NCBI GenBank assembly: GCA_050949565.1
Contig: JBMNFY010000017.1
Location: forward strand, 1,431,299 to 1,495,298
Length of the DNA stretch: 64,000 bases
DNA from: Kiritimatiellia bacterium
GTDB taxonomy: Bacteria > Verrucomicrobiota > Kiritimatiellia > RFP12 > UBA1067
Direction: 5' to 3'
Part shown: positions 31,986 to 43,700 of the stretch, in pieces
How positions within the stretch are numbered: the first letter of the stretch is position 1
How the letters are laid out: every line of letters begins with the position of its first letter
Program-made: the position numbers and the translations under genes
The notes under the pieces: model-generated
Database searches by the model: none
What the model was told of the DNA's origin: nothing
Seen by the model: the letters and a program-made list of their open reading frames with translations, nothing else

Positions 31986-32287
31986 CCGATTTCAAAACCT
32001 TTCGCTACTTTCGCCTCTTCCGCTATCAAAAAAGTCAGACAGGGTAACATGCCTCCACCCCGAATTCACGCAAAAAAGCACACCGCGCGGTAATTGGTAA
32101 TCGTTTAGTAACAAGGAGCATGCGAGTTTAGTGCGTGGTTTGTGTGTGCGCAGTCGGGAGCGCGGGCGTCCCCGCCCGCAGAAAGTTGAACGTTGAGCGT
32201 TAAACGTTTTTTAACTCTGAACGCTGAACGTCGAATGCTGAACGCTGAAGTGAAAAACTCCTAAATCCCAACTCCTAAATTCTCCTT

Positions 32288-32320
32288 CGGGTGCTGATTC
32301 AACCGGTTGAATCAGCACCC
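32288..32320 (-). terminator. Perfect 32-nt palindrome (GGGTGCTGATTCAACC|GGTTGAATCAGCACCC) 5 nt 3' of rho
   Basis: Direct inspection; no U-tract. Confidence 0.4.
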
Positions 32321-32324
32321 GTCA

Positions 32325-33960
<1,636 letters not shown>

Positions 33961-33986
<26 letters not shown>

Positions 33987-34578
33987 TGGCTTTCTCCATC
34001 AAGAAGCGGTAGACTTTTTTCGCTTCCCTCGCCAACGCCTCAGCATCGGCATCATTATGAACCACGAGATGCGATCGGGCGGCTTTTTCCGCAACCGGCA
34101 TCTGCGCGGCGATACGTTTACGGGCCTGTTCATCAGTCAGACCTCTAAAACGCATCAGTCGTTCGCGTTGAAGCGCCTCGTTTGAAACGAGGCAGATGAT
34201 GATATCCCAGTCGTCCGTCCATCCCGCCTCAAACAAAAGCGGGATCACGACAATCCTCAGTGTATCTGAAGGTTCCTCCAGCCAGCGCCGCAGGGCCGTC
34301 CGCACCAGCGGGTGCACAACCGCATTCACCTGCCGTCTGGCTTCCGGATCACTGAACACGCGTTCAGCGAGCACGGCACGGTTGATTCCGCCATGCTCAT
34401 CGAGAACGGAGGAGCCGAACAGGCGCACCAAATCAGGCACGGCCGCACCGCCGGGCGCCTCCAGGCGGTGCACCACGTCGTCGGCGTCCAACAATTCCAC
34501 GCCTAATTGCTCAAGGGCTCGGGAAAAGAGACTTTTACCGCACGCAATGCCGCCGGTTATCGCTACACGCATGACCAT
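33961..34578 (-). CDS. coaE: Dephospho-CoA kinase
   Basis: '[10 protein letters not shown]' P-loop; 205 aa. Confidence 0.85.
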
Positions 34579-34695
34579 GCAGGATCGTCAACAGGGGATA
34601 AATAACAGGGGCGGGATGGACACACGTCCATCCCATCCCGTAGTACGTACACTGCTGTTGACCAGCGGCGTCCCGTCCCTTGGGGGACTCAGGCC

Positions 34696-35349
34696 TTATT
34701 GGACGGCCGCATCCGGTGCCGGTGCCGCGCCACCTTCCGGCGCACTCGGAGCCGAAGGCGTACCCGCCGCCAGCAACGCAGACTCGCCGCCGGTCCGCAC
34801 CACGCGGCCGGCAGGATCCACCAAGCGCGCCGTCACGAATACCAGCAGATTACGTTTGATCGACTGCTCAGAACGGCTCCGGAACAGACGGCCGAGGAAC
34901 GGCAGATCGCCGAGGAACGGGATCTTGTCCTCCATCGTCTTGCGGTCTTCCGTGATCAGGCCGCCCATGACGACCGTCGCGCCGTTGTAAACCGAAAGCT
35001 GTGTCTGCACCGAGCGCACATGGAAGAAGGGCTGCTCCATCGGCAGATCGTGTACTCGGCTCTCTGCGACACCATAAATGACTCCTCCAGGAGACTCGCT
35101 CCCAGACCCGCTTACGCACGGCCTCGGAATCTTTGTGCCGTAGTTCTTCCAGACCGGCTCAGAAACCACCTGCGGGTTCAGCAACAGGTTGATCATCTGG
35201 CCCTCAGCCGAAACTTCCGGCACCACCTGCAGGATCACGCCCACCTCGCGCATCTCGAAGTTCTGCGGCTCAACCATGAAGGGACCGGACACCGTAGGTG
35301 GCTGAGGAGGTACTGCTGCCGCCCGATGTATTGACCTCTTGGACTTCAA
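34696..35349 (-). pseudogene. C-terminal secretin-domain fragment of a PilQ/GspD-family secretin. It is out of frame with the upstream N-terminal part
   Basis: 'IPFLGDLPFLGRLFRS...NLLVFVTARLV' secretin signature. Overlaps the 35270..37897 ORF by 80 nt in a different frame. Confidence 0.7.
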
Positions 35350-37897
35350 ATTCGGTCGGATAGATGTACTCGGTGACGACCTTCATGATGGCTTCCTGCC
35401 CCGACTTGGTAACCACCTTGGGGGCCGACAGCAGATCCGTATCTGAACGCTGGCTCAGCATGTGCAGGATCATAGAGAGGTCAGCATTGCCAAGGAAAGC
35501 GTTGATACGCATGAAATTGTCGTTGATCCTGTTGCCTTCGCCGGCGATTGCGTTACCCTCGGTGCTCAGGTAGCGCTGACCGGTGCTGTAATTGACGCCA
35601 TCGATGGCATCAATGCTTGCGTTGTGATTGGGTGCGAGCACCGTGCCGTATTGGCCGGCACCGACCGCACCGGGCTTCAATGTGGCCCCGTCCCATCTAT
35701 AGCCACCCTGTCCGGCTGCGCTTCCGGGACGCGTATAGGGCGCATAGCCCATCAGCGGTGTCTCGCCATCAGCCGCAAACAGCGGGTGGCCCGCCGCATC
35801 CGTGAGCTGAGTCGGCTTGTTGCTGAACTCGCGCATGTTGAGCGCTTTGTCGAGGAAACCGCCAGCGTCGAAGCTGAAGTCGCTGTTCAGCAGCCACTCG
35901 AAACCGAGCGAGTTGAGGTCTTCCTGCGCGACCTCCACGAAGCGCGCCTCAATCTCGATCAAGCGGGGCGTGACGTTAAGGTCTTCCAGAACCTGCTCAA
36001 AGACAGCGAGTTGCTCAGCCGTATTGGTGACACGCAGCTTGCCGATGGTGGCGAGGTAGGAGATCGAGGAGCCGTCCGGCCACTTCACGCCCAACTGCTC
36101 GAAGAAGACCTTCCAGTCCTGCTTCTGACCCATGTCCGCCGTCTGCATAAAGGTTGTATCGCCGCCGCCGCCCTGCGGCCCCATCTCGCTGATCGCAGCC
36201 GTTACGCGGTCAGTCAGAGACGAGAGCACGTTGTAAGAGCGGGTCATCAGTTCGGTGTCCGGTTCGTTGGCCGGCACGATCATCACGATGTTGCCGCGGA
36301 TCTTGAACTTCATGCCGGTCACGTCGCAGACCAGCTTGAGAGCGTCGTAAAGGCTGATGAAGCGGGCGCTCAACGCCGAGATGGTCGGTGCCCCGCCCGG
36401 TGCCGGAGCGGCAGAGACCGGCGCGAAGGGATCCGGATTTTCCGGGGCAGGAGCAGCGGCGGTCGGGGTGGTGCTCAGCTTGAGCACGAGGTTCACGCCG
36501 CGCTGCTCGAGCGGAATTTCGGGCTTGTCGAAATCCCGGCTGGCCTGCTTAAAGAAGTCCACCGCATCGATAATGGTGGCGGGCGGACGGAAAGTGACTT
36601 CCGGAATGACGATATCGCGCAGCTTCTGCTGGACAACCTGCTCGGCCGTCTTGGTGCCCAGTGGATCGATGGTCGGCTCTTTACTTGTGAGATCGCCGCT
36701 CCCCTTGGGGCGCTGTGCACTATCGATGGCGTAGCGATCCGGCGTCCATGACGCACGCACGTCTCGGATCATCTTGCTGCGAGTGGCTTCAAACTCAATG
36801 TCCGAAACAGTTTTCATGCGGTCGGCGATGCGGTCGCGCAACTCCATGGCCTCAACCTCGTAGGGATGATCGCGCAGAATCAACTCACACTCCTCCATCG
36901 CTTTGTCATACTCGGCGGTGGTATAATACTGGCGCGAACGGCGCAGACGGCGCCGGATCTCGTCACGCTGCGTCTTGTATTCTTCCTCGTTGACGCGGTG
37001 CGAAATGCTGGAAGTATCGGCTTCGACCTTCGGCGGCTGACGCTTCAGTGCTTCAATCATACGCTCGGCCTGCGGATGGCCGTACTCTTTGGCCTGTGCG
37101 GCCAGCGGCAGCGCCTTCTCGACATCGGCCGCCTTCATCGCCTGCTTGGCATCCAGATAGAAGGCTTCGGCCATGCCGGCCTTGGCTTCATCGCGTGCAG
37201 CCTGGGTGGCGGGACGATTGCCGATGAACTCAAGCGCTTGCTTGTATTGATCCCGAGCCAACTCGTAGTCGCCAGCAGCCAAAGCTTTACGCGCGGCCTC
37301 CAGCGAGGCGAAGCCGTGGCTATCGAGCGACTTGCGGCGGATGGTCTCCAACGTCACCAGTTCCGATATCAAGCTGGCAGTGTCACCGTCCTGCTGCGCG
37401 ACAGCCGGAGTGGCAGGCGCGGGGGCCGCAGCGGGCTCAGCCGCCGGTGCGGGCGCAGGTTCTGCCGCCGGTGCAGGCGCAGGCTCTGCCGCCGGGGCAG
37501 GTGCGGGCTTTTCCTCAGCCTTGGGCTCTGCTGCGGGAGCAGGAGCGGGCGCAGGCTTTTCTTCAGCCTTAGGCTCTGCTGCGGGAGCAGGTGCCGGGGC
37601 GGGTTTTTCCTCGGCCTTCGGCTCTGCCGCCGGGGCAGGCGCGGGCTTTTCTTCAGCTTTCGGTTCCGCTGCAGGTGCGGGCGCGGGCGCAGGAGCCGGT
37701 TCGGCGGGTTTGGCCTCCGCCTTGGGCGCCGCCTCTGCGGCTGGAGCCGCCGGTTGCGCCGCCGCCGGTTTCTTACGCTGCCCACCCAAATCCTGCAACA
37801 GCGCTTCGAGATCATCTTGCGCGTACAGGCCGGTCACGGCTCCACAAGCCATGGCCGAAACACTCAACACTAACAACCACCGTTTACTATGCGTCAT
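35270..37897 (-). CDS. N-terminal part of the secretin: signal peptide, (PAPAPAAEPKAEEK)n low-complexity linker, TPR-like region and secretin N domains
   Basis: 'RLIEIEARFVEVAQEDLNSLGFEWLL' N-domain motif. The frame ends at 35270 before the secretin C-domain. Confidence 0.7.
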   Translation of the reverse strand: MTHSKRWLLVLSVSAMACGAVTGLYAQDDLEALLQDLGGQRKKPAAAQPAAPAAEAAPKAEAKPAEPAPAPAPAPAAEPKAEEKPAPAPAAEPKAEEKPAPAPAPAAEPKAEEKPAPAPAPAAEPKAEEKPAPAPAAEPAPAPAAEPAPAPAAEPAAAPAPATPAVAQQDGDTASLISELVTLETIRRKSLDSHGFASLEAARKALAAGDYELARDQYKQALEFIGNRPATQAARDEAKAGMAEAFYLDAKQAMKAADVEKALPLAAQAKEYGHPQAERMIEALKRQPPKVEADTSSISHRVNEEEYKTQRDEIRRRLRRSRQYYTTAEYDKAMEECELILRDHPYEVEAMELRDRIADRMKTVSDIEFEATRSKMIRDVRASWTPDRYAIDSAQRPKGSGDLTSKEPTIDPLGTKTAEQVVQQKLRDIVIPEVTFRPPATIIDAVDFFKQASRDFDKPEIPLEQRGVNLVLKLSTTPTAAAPAPENPDPFAPVSAAPAPGGAPTISALSARFISLYDALKLVCDVTGMKFKIRGNIVMIVPANEPDTELMTRSYNVLSSLTDRVTAAISEMGPQGGGGDTTFMQTADMGQKQDWKVFFEQLGVKWPDGSSISYLATIGKLRVTNTAEQLAVFEQVLEDLNVTPRLIEIEARFVEVAQEDLNSLGFEWLLNSDFSFDAGGFLDKALNMREFSNKPTQLTDAAGHPLFAADGETPLMGYAPYTRPGSAAGQGGYRWDGATLKPGAVGAGQYGTVLAPNHNASIDAIDGVNYSTGQRYLSTEGNAIAGEGNRINDNFMRINAFLGNADLSMILHMLSQRSDTDLLSAPKVVTKSGQEAIMKVVTEYIYPTEFEVQEVNTSGGSSTSSATYGVRSLHG

Positions 37898-37978
37898 CTG
37901 GAGAGACTCCTAATTTGTGGCAGCATCTTTTCCTTCAACAGGCAATAAAGGGTACCCATATTAGCTTGTGTGACATCA

Positions 37979-39052
37979 CTAATCAAGCTTGGGAATAACT
38001 TTTTGTTGCCCGTTAGCCTCGTTCTCTATCGTGACAACCGTTTTCTCACCATCCACGGTAAGGACGCGGTATGTTTCTTCGCGGACTTTGAACGTGCCAC
38101 CCTCCAACACCGTGTACTCGGCATTGTCGAGCGGGAACACGATCACCGCTTCAACATCTGTGACCTTTCCGCCTTCGTTGATTGTCAACGTCATCACCTT
38201 GTTGTCCGACAGTCTTTTCACTTCTACGGTCGAGACGTCCACCCGCATTTTGATGCCGGGCATATTAGGATTCTCGCGCTCGACGGATTTTGCCGTGACC
38301 GTTCCCGCAGCATAACCGGTCTCGCCGATCGGCTCATTCTCGCGCACCCAGTGGGTCCTGCGGATCGGTTCGACTTGGTTAAACACAATCTGGTTTTTGC
38401 CATCAGGCATCTTGTTGACGCCGCTGAAAATCAATGGCATGCGTTTGCCGCGCAACTCTTTCACGCGCAGGAGACTGACCAGCGGCGGATGTGATTTGGG
38501 GTCTTTCGGATCCGTCTTGGCGATGAACTCCTGAAGGTTGGTAAAGCCGTCGCCGTCGAGGTCGCCGTGGGCGTCCGCAGGGTCGTTCGGATTCAGACCA
38601 AGCGCAATCTCGATGCGATCCGGGATACCGTCGCCGTCGGTATCCAAGTCTGGATCCGCCTCCGCAGGTTTCGGTTGGCCGCCCCCGCAGAAGGGGCATT
38701 TCTCGGCGGCGTAGGGGATGGGTTTCTGGCACTCTTTAACCACGCAGGTCACACGCCGCTCCGGCATCAAAAAACCTGCCTTCTGGGCATCGGGAGTAGC
38801 AAGCTGCAACGGTGTGCGCGCCAACCGGATGGCGTCTTCAAACTCCGTCATGTCGATGGCTTTGAGGGCAGTGGAATCAGGCTTCAGCGAATCGATCCTG
38901 AGCTTGTAGTTCGCCTCTTCACGCTGCCGGGCAGGCCCTGCCGAGCGCGTGAGGTAAAACAGGGAGATGACGAGGCCAATCAGCACCACGACCACGATCA
39001 CTTTGTCGTAGTACTTGACGATGGGGTTATTCGCGTTGAATTTCAAGGCCAC
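37979..39052 (-). CDS. Membrane-anchored protein in the PilP position, with a CxxxC...CxxC zinc-ribbon-like motif and thrombospondin-type-3 Ca-binding repeats
   Basis: N-terminal TM; 'DTDGDGIPD...DLDGDGFTN'; sits between the PilO-like gene and the secretin. Confidence 0.45.
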   Translation of the reverse strand: MALKFNANNPIVKYYDKVIVVVVLIGLVISLFYLTRSAGPARQREEANYKLRIDSLKPDSTALKAIDMTEFEDAIRLARTPLQLATPDAQKAGFLMPERRVTCVVKECQKPIPYAAEKCPFCGGGQPKPAEADPDLDTDGDGIPDRIEIALGLNPNDPADAHGDLDGDGFTNLQEFIAKTDPKDPKSHPPLVSLLRVKELRGKRMPLIFSGVNKMPDGKNQIVFNQVEPIRRTHWVRENEPIGETGYAAGTVTAKSVERENPNMPGIKMRVDVSTVEVKRLSDNKVMTLTINEGGKVTDVEAVIVFPLDNAEYTVLEGGTFKVREETYRVLTVDGEKTVVTIENEANGQQKVIPKLD

Positions 39053-39055
39053 GGT

Positions 39056-40024
39056 TTATACTCCCTCAAACGAGTAGACATCGATCTCAAGTTTCACTGC
39101 CACCGGCGGTTCCAGTTCGGGATCGGTCACAATCCGTTCGACATGCGACAACTTGGCCGGATCGACAGGTTCCGCCGCGCCTTCGGCGGCAGCCTTCGAA
39201 GAACTCTCTTTTCTCTTGGCGTTGAACTGCGCCAAGGGATCGGCCGTCTTGCGCAACTCGGCTTCGGCCACAACCACAAACATATCCATGGCCGCCAGCC
39301 GGTTCAGCGCCTCAATGAGCGCAACAGGGCGCGCGACGAATTCGAGCGTAAAGCGCTGGCTGGTCCAATACGCCGACTCCGTGCGTGCGGCGGCCCCGGA
39401 TGCTCTGGCACTTCCGCCGCTGTCATCCCGGCGACGGGAACGGCGGCGCGAGGACGACTCCTGTTCCTCTTCCTCTTTTTTCACGACGTCAAAGACCTCG
39501 CGGGAAACGCTTCTCAACTCCATGATGCCGGCTGCGTAAAGCTCCTCACAGAGCTTCTCGATGATGGTCAGTTGCGCGGTCAGGCGATCCACATGTTCTG
39601 ACGCAGGCAGACTGTCGGACTGGCCAAGGTATTGGTCGAAGCCGAAGTTAAATCCGGGGGCGACAACCCTGCCCTGCACCGCACCGGCCTGAGCGGAGAG
39701 TTTGCGGACCGTAGCTTGAAGCGTCTGCTTGAAACTGGTCGGCGTTTTGGATTCAATCTGGAGGTCGCCTTTGTGAAGCTGATTGGAGGCGGTCACGAGC
39801 CAGCCTTCCAGCACCTTCTGATCCTCGCCGACGCGCGCGATATTCTCGTCGCTGGGGAAAACCTTGCCCCGGTAGATCTGCTGCAACGCCTGATATGCCT
39901 GGTCACGCTCTTCTGCCGCCCTGTTTTTGGCGGTTGTTTGGGTAAAGAGGAACCAGCCGGCAACGCCGCAGACAGCGGCCATCACGATGCCGCAAACGAT
40001 CATTATGATCTGTTGACGTTTCAT
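39056..40024 (-). CDS. PilO-like pilus assembly protein (TM plus coiled coil)
   Basis: Called from position and architecture only. Confidence 0.45.
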   Translation of the reverse strand: MKRQQIIMIVCGIVMAAVCGVAGWFLFTQTTAKNRAAEERDQAYQALQQIYRGKVFPSDENIARVGEDQKVLEGWLVTASNQLHKGDLQIESKTPTSFKQTLQATVRKLSAQAGAVQGRVVAPGFNFGFDQYLGQSDSLPASEHVDRLTAQLTIIEKLCEELYAAGIMELRSVSREVFDVVKKEEEEQESSSRRRSRRRDDSGGSARASGAAARTESAYWTSQRFTLEFVARPVALIEALNRLAAMDMFVVVAEAELRKTADPLAQFNAKRKESSSKAAAEGAAEPVDPAKLSHVERIVTDPELEPPVAVKLEIDVYSFEGV

Positions 40025-41712
40025 TTCGTTTCGGTATCCTTCGCGGCTGCTTCGGCCAACGTCGCCTCGATTGTAAACTCAATCAAATACGCCTCGATAT
40101 CCTTCTGGCCGGTGATTTTGACATCTTTCGGTCCATTGCCGAACACTGGCTGCGTCTTCAGACGGTCGCGCAACACCTCCAACGCTGTCGCACTGCGTCC
40201 GGCTTCGCGCTCTTTCTCCTCGACCGCCTTGAGCTTGTCCACCCAACCGCGTCCGACAATGCGCAATCCGGTCACAACGCCGCCCTCGTCCTTGATCGGC
40301 ACCAGTTCGGTGAGCCAGACCCCATCCAGCAGGCTTTTGCGCACGGCGTCCACGCGTTTCAGCCATGCCGTCCGCTGCAAGATCACGTCTCGCATCGCCT
40401 CGGCCTTCTTCGCGACCTCTCCTTCGGCAGCCTGCGCCTTGTTGAGCCGGGCCAGATCGCCCTTGCGCACGTCCAGCGCCGCGTTCACCTGCGCGCTCTG
40501 GGCATGGTAGAGTTCTGCGAGTTGCTTGGCGTGCACCGCCCAGATGAACAGGCAGAGCAACACGCCGGCCGCCGCCAGAGCAAAGTACGGCACGCGCTTC
40601 TTGAACGACTTGCGCTTCACGATCTCGGGCGGCATCAGGTTGATTTCAACCGGACACGCCAACGAGCGGCGCAGCGCCAATCCCACGCTCTCGGCCAACA
40701 CGAAGGCGTCTATGCTAACCCGGTCGCTATTGATCCGGTTGCTGATCCCGACGTTCTCAAACGGGTTGAGGTAGGTGACCTCAATCTGCAACTTGTCGTG
40801 AAAGAAGGTGTCCAGATGCGGCATAACCGACGAACCACCCGTCAGGAACATCCGGACCGGTGCGTTGCCGCCCTGCTGGCTACGATAAAAGTTAACGGAA
40901 CGATTGATTTCGGCGTGCAGACGCGTCACCACGTTGCGCACGATTTTCGAAACCCGCTCGGATGTCTCGTCCTCCGAGACGGTCACCCCGCCCAGCGATA
41001 CGAAAGCAACCTGCCGTTTCAATGCCTCGGCCTCTTCAAAGGAAATCTGGAAGCTCTTGGCGACCTCTTGCGTGATGGCATTACCGGCCACCGGGATGCA
41101 GCGGGTGTAAATTTTCTCGTCTTCAATAAAAATCAGATTGGTCGAACGCGAACCGATATCAAGCAACACCGTGCAGCCGTCCAACTGCGAGTAGTTGTAG
41201 CGCAGGCAGTTGTAGAGCGCCATCGGTGCCACATCGACGACCTCGGGCTCCAGCCCCATCTCCACGATGCGGTCGGTAATCTCGCGGACGTTCTCGGTCT
41301 TGGCCGCGACGATCATCGCACACTGCTCGCCCATTGTGGCGTCGCCGATGAACTGGTGGTTCCAAACGATCTCGCTCATCGGGAACGGGACGTTCTGCTC
41401 CACCTCGTACTGCACCATCTGGAGCAGTTTGTCCTCGGCGACGGCAGGCAACCGCACGAAACGCGGAAATACCATCTGACCGGAGAGCGAGAGCATCAGC
41501 GGCGCGGGGCGGATCCCGCATGTCTTCATGATCTCGCGGATAGCGGACTCCAGATTCGGACCAACACCTGTGTCGGTCTCCGGATTGCCTCCCACCTCGG
41601 CCATGCCGTAGTTGGTCAGCTCCGGCGCGCGCCCGCTCCTGACGGCGAATTCGGCCAATACAACTTTGCTCGCGCCCACATTGAGCGCGAGGATACGATC
41701 AGACGAGAACAC
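40021..41712 (-). CDS. pilM: Type IV pilus assembly ATPase-like PilM (actin/FtsA fold) fused to a PilN-like TM/coiled-coil C-terminus
   Basis: N-terminal 'ILALNVGASKV...' actin-like fold; TM 'VPYFALAAAGVLLCLFIWAV' at about aa 370, then coiled coil. Confidence 0.7.
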   Translation of the reverse strand: MFSSDRILALNVGASKVVLAEFAVRSGRAPELTNYGMAEVGGNPETDTGVGPNLESAIREIMKTCGIRPAPLMLSLSGQMVFPRFVRLPAVAEDKLLQMVQYEVEQNVPFPMSEIVWNHQFIGDATMGEQCAMIVAAKTENVREITDRIVEMGLEPEVVDVAPMALYNCLRYNYSQLDGCTVLLDIGSRSTNLIFIEDEKIYTRCIPVAGNAITQEVAKSFQISFEEAEALKRQVAFVSLGGVTVSEDETSERVSKIVRNVVTRLHAEINRSVNFYRSQQGGNAPVRMFLTGGSSVMPHLDTFFHDKLQIEVTYLNPFENVGISNRINSDRVSIDAFVLAESVGLALRRSLACPVEINLMPPEIVKRKSFKKRVPYFALAAAGVLLCLFIWAVHAKQLAELYHAQSAQVNAALDVRKGDLARLNKAQAAEGEVAKKAEAMRDVILQRTAWLKRVDAVRKSLLDGVWLTELVPIKDEGGVVTGLRIVGRGWVDKLKAVEEKEREAGRSATALEVLRDRLKTQPVFGNGPKDVKITGQKDIEAYLIEFTIEATLAEAAAKDTETK

Positions 41713-42413
41713 TATTGCACCACCTCGTAATCGTCCGGGTTAACCAAGGCAAACGGCGTCTTCGAACGCTCCAACAGCCCTGGGCGCCGGACCAAGAACG
41801 GATTGCCAGCCGCATCGCGCCTGTCCATCACGTTGGTGTCGCGCCACCACTCCTGCGGCAGTTGAATGCCGGTGGCCAGCGCCTCGCTGGCCACCACCTT
41901 ACCGTCCTTACCGGAAATTTCGAGTGCGATCGCGACCGGCTCGCCGTAGCGTTCCACGAGACTCGGCGGCAGAGCCACGCAACTCATGTGGCTGCCTTTC
42001 GGGATGTCGATGTACTTGACCGTCGCGGTGTAGTAACTGTAAATATCCTTGTTGTCGTCATCGCGGCCCTTGGTCATCACGTGGTAGATGAAGGTCAACT
42101 CGTCGGTCCACTTGGCGGAAGTTTCGTACCTCACCTCGAAGAGCGCCCACTCGCGCGGCCTGCGGCTGACTCTGGGCTGGACGTTGTTCACCGAATAGTT
42201 GAACTCGGGGGTTCTCACCATCGCCGTCTTGCCCGGCGGCGGGAAGCGCGTAATCTTGACCGTCTCCTCTTTCTTGGCCGTGGCCTGCGTAGCCGTACGC
42301 TGACTCAGCCGCCCGACCTGAGCCACAGCAGACTCAGCCAGACAGAAGAGGGCTGCTACCACACACACCGTTCGCAGAAACGTTTGCTCTCTTTTCATGT
42401 CGACGATCTCCAA
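41712..42413 (-). CDS. Secreted hypothetical protein, first gene of the pilus-like operon
   Basis: Signal peptide; shares a 1-nt overlap (coordinate 41712) with pilM. Confidence 0.5.
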   Translation of the reverse strand: MEIVDMKREQTFLRTVCVVAALFCLAESAVAQVGRLSQRTATQATAKKEETVKITRFPPPGKTAMVRTPEFNYSVNNVQPRVSRRPREWALFEVRYETSAKWTDELTFIYHVMTKGRDDDNKDIYSYYTATVKYIDIPKGSHMSCVALPPSLVERYGEPVAIALEISGKDGKVVASEALATGIQLPQEWWRDTNVMDRRDAAGNPFLVRRPGLLERSKTPFALVNPDDYEVVQ

Positions 42414-42684
42414 TCCGGGCCGAGGGAACCATCCTCTCTACGTCACCCTTTTATCATTTAGCACATCCAATTTAATCACATGCGGCGCAGAATGCAACAC
42501 AGAAACACAAATTTTTTCAGGAAATTTTTTCAAGGGCATAACTCCTAACTCCTAAATCCTAACTCCTAAATCTTCCTTGGAAGGAGATATCGCATTGCCT
42601 CCAGGGCGGTTTACGTGCCATAATCCCGCCTCACACATGCCGCATGGTCCCGGATGGTCGGGACAACGGCCTGAAGACACAGCT

Positions 42685-43155
42685 ATGATCGCCGATCTCA
42701 ATCCGCTTCATTATTTTACCACCCCTTGGTTCTGGTCCTCTTTCATCGGTTGGACCCTCGCCCAATCGATCAAGATGACCGTCGGCTTTGTCCGGACCCG
42801 GAAGATTGATTTCCGCTACCTGCTCAGCACCGGCGGCATGCCCAGCGCCCACTCTGCCATGGTCTGCGGCCTCTGCACGTCGGTCGGCCTGACCGAGGGA
42901 TTCGACTCGCCGGTCGCCGCGCTCGCGCTCGGCATCGCCGCCATCACAATGTTCGACGCCACCAATGTCCGGCGTGCCGCCGGCCATCAGGCGCGCGTGC
43001 TCAACGTGATGATCGAGGAGCTGTTCAAAGAGCATAAGCTACGCCACACGCGCCTCAAGGAATTACTCGGCCACACGCGCAAAGAGGTCTTTGCCGGTAT
43101 GCTCGTCGGCATCGCGGTGGCGCTGCTGGTCGTGCACTTCTGGCCGGCCGCGTAA
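42685..43155 (+). CDS. Divergent PAP2 / DUF212 (YuiD-like) membrane protein
   Basis: 'GGMPSAHSAMVCGL...' acid-phosphatase-like motif; the start is at an internal ATG. Confidence 0.6.
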   Translation: MIADLNPLHYFTTPWFWSSFIGWTLAQSIKMTVGFVRTRKIDFRYLLSTGGMPSAHSAMVCGLCTSVGLTEGFDSPVAALALGIAAITMFDATNVRRAAGHQARVLNVMIEELFKEHKLRHTRLKELLGHTRKEVFAGMLVGIAVALLVVHFWPAA

Positions 43156-43156
43156 G

Positions 43157-43545
43157 GCGCTGCTCGGTTTAACCACAGAGGCACGGAGGCACAGAGGTTT
43201 TTTGGAGCAACTAAGGGGCAGGTAATTAGACGACCACAAGAGGTTCAAGGGTTCAAGGGTTCAAGAGGTTCATCGGGATCGGGATCGCTATCGGGATCGG
43301 ACAGAACAGACAAAAACAGCGCAGCACTTTTACTCTCGCGGCTGCGGGGCGCTGCGTGGCCCAACAAAGAGAGGCTGACCCGCGACATTCGACCCGCGAC
43401 CTGCGGCGGTAGCGATACCGATACCGATAGCGATACCGATAGCGAACTAATGCGGGCGGAGCCCGCAACCCAATTCTTACCACGAAGTCACGAAGGAACA
43501 CGAGGGGTCCAAAAACCTCTGTGCCTCCGTGTCTCCGTGGTTCAA
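43157..43545. mobile_element. MITE-like element of ~385 bp with ~35-bp terminal inverted repeats (AACCACAGAGGCACGGAGGCACAGAGGTTTTTTGG / reverse complement). Internal (GGTTCAAG)x3, GGGATCGGGATCGCTATCGGGATCG and its near-inverse CGATACCGATACCGATAGCGATACCGATAGCG
   Basis: Direct inspection. The TIR module matches the units of array 1 (547-1711) and partial copies at 48190-48272 and 63582-63710. Confidence 0.7.
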
Positions 43546-43551
43546 CAAAAA

Positions 43552-43700
43552 CTCCTAAATCCTTGTCTATAAATTGACAGGATTACATGATTTACATGAT
43601 TTTCAGGATTGAATAACATCATGTTAATCATGTAATCATGTCCTAAACTTACTCCATGGTTTTTTCGTGGCGAAGCCACGCGGCAGGCTAACTCCTAAAT
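43552..43700. mobile_element. 149-bp AT-rich element, copy B (identical to 3637-3785), flanked by CTCCTAAAT direct repeats
   Basis: Base-by-base identical to copy A. The TAG stop of cimA (43695-43697, minus strand) lies inside the right repeat. Confidence 0.7.
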
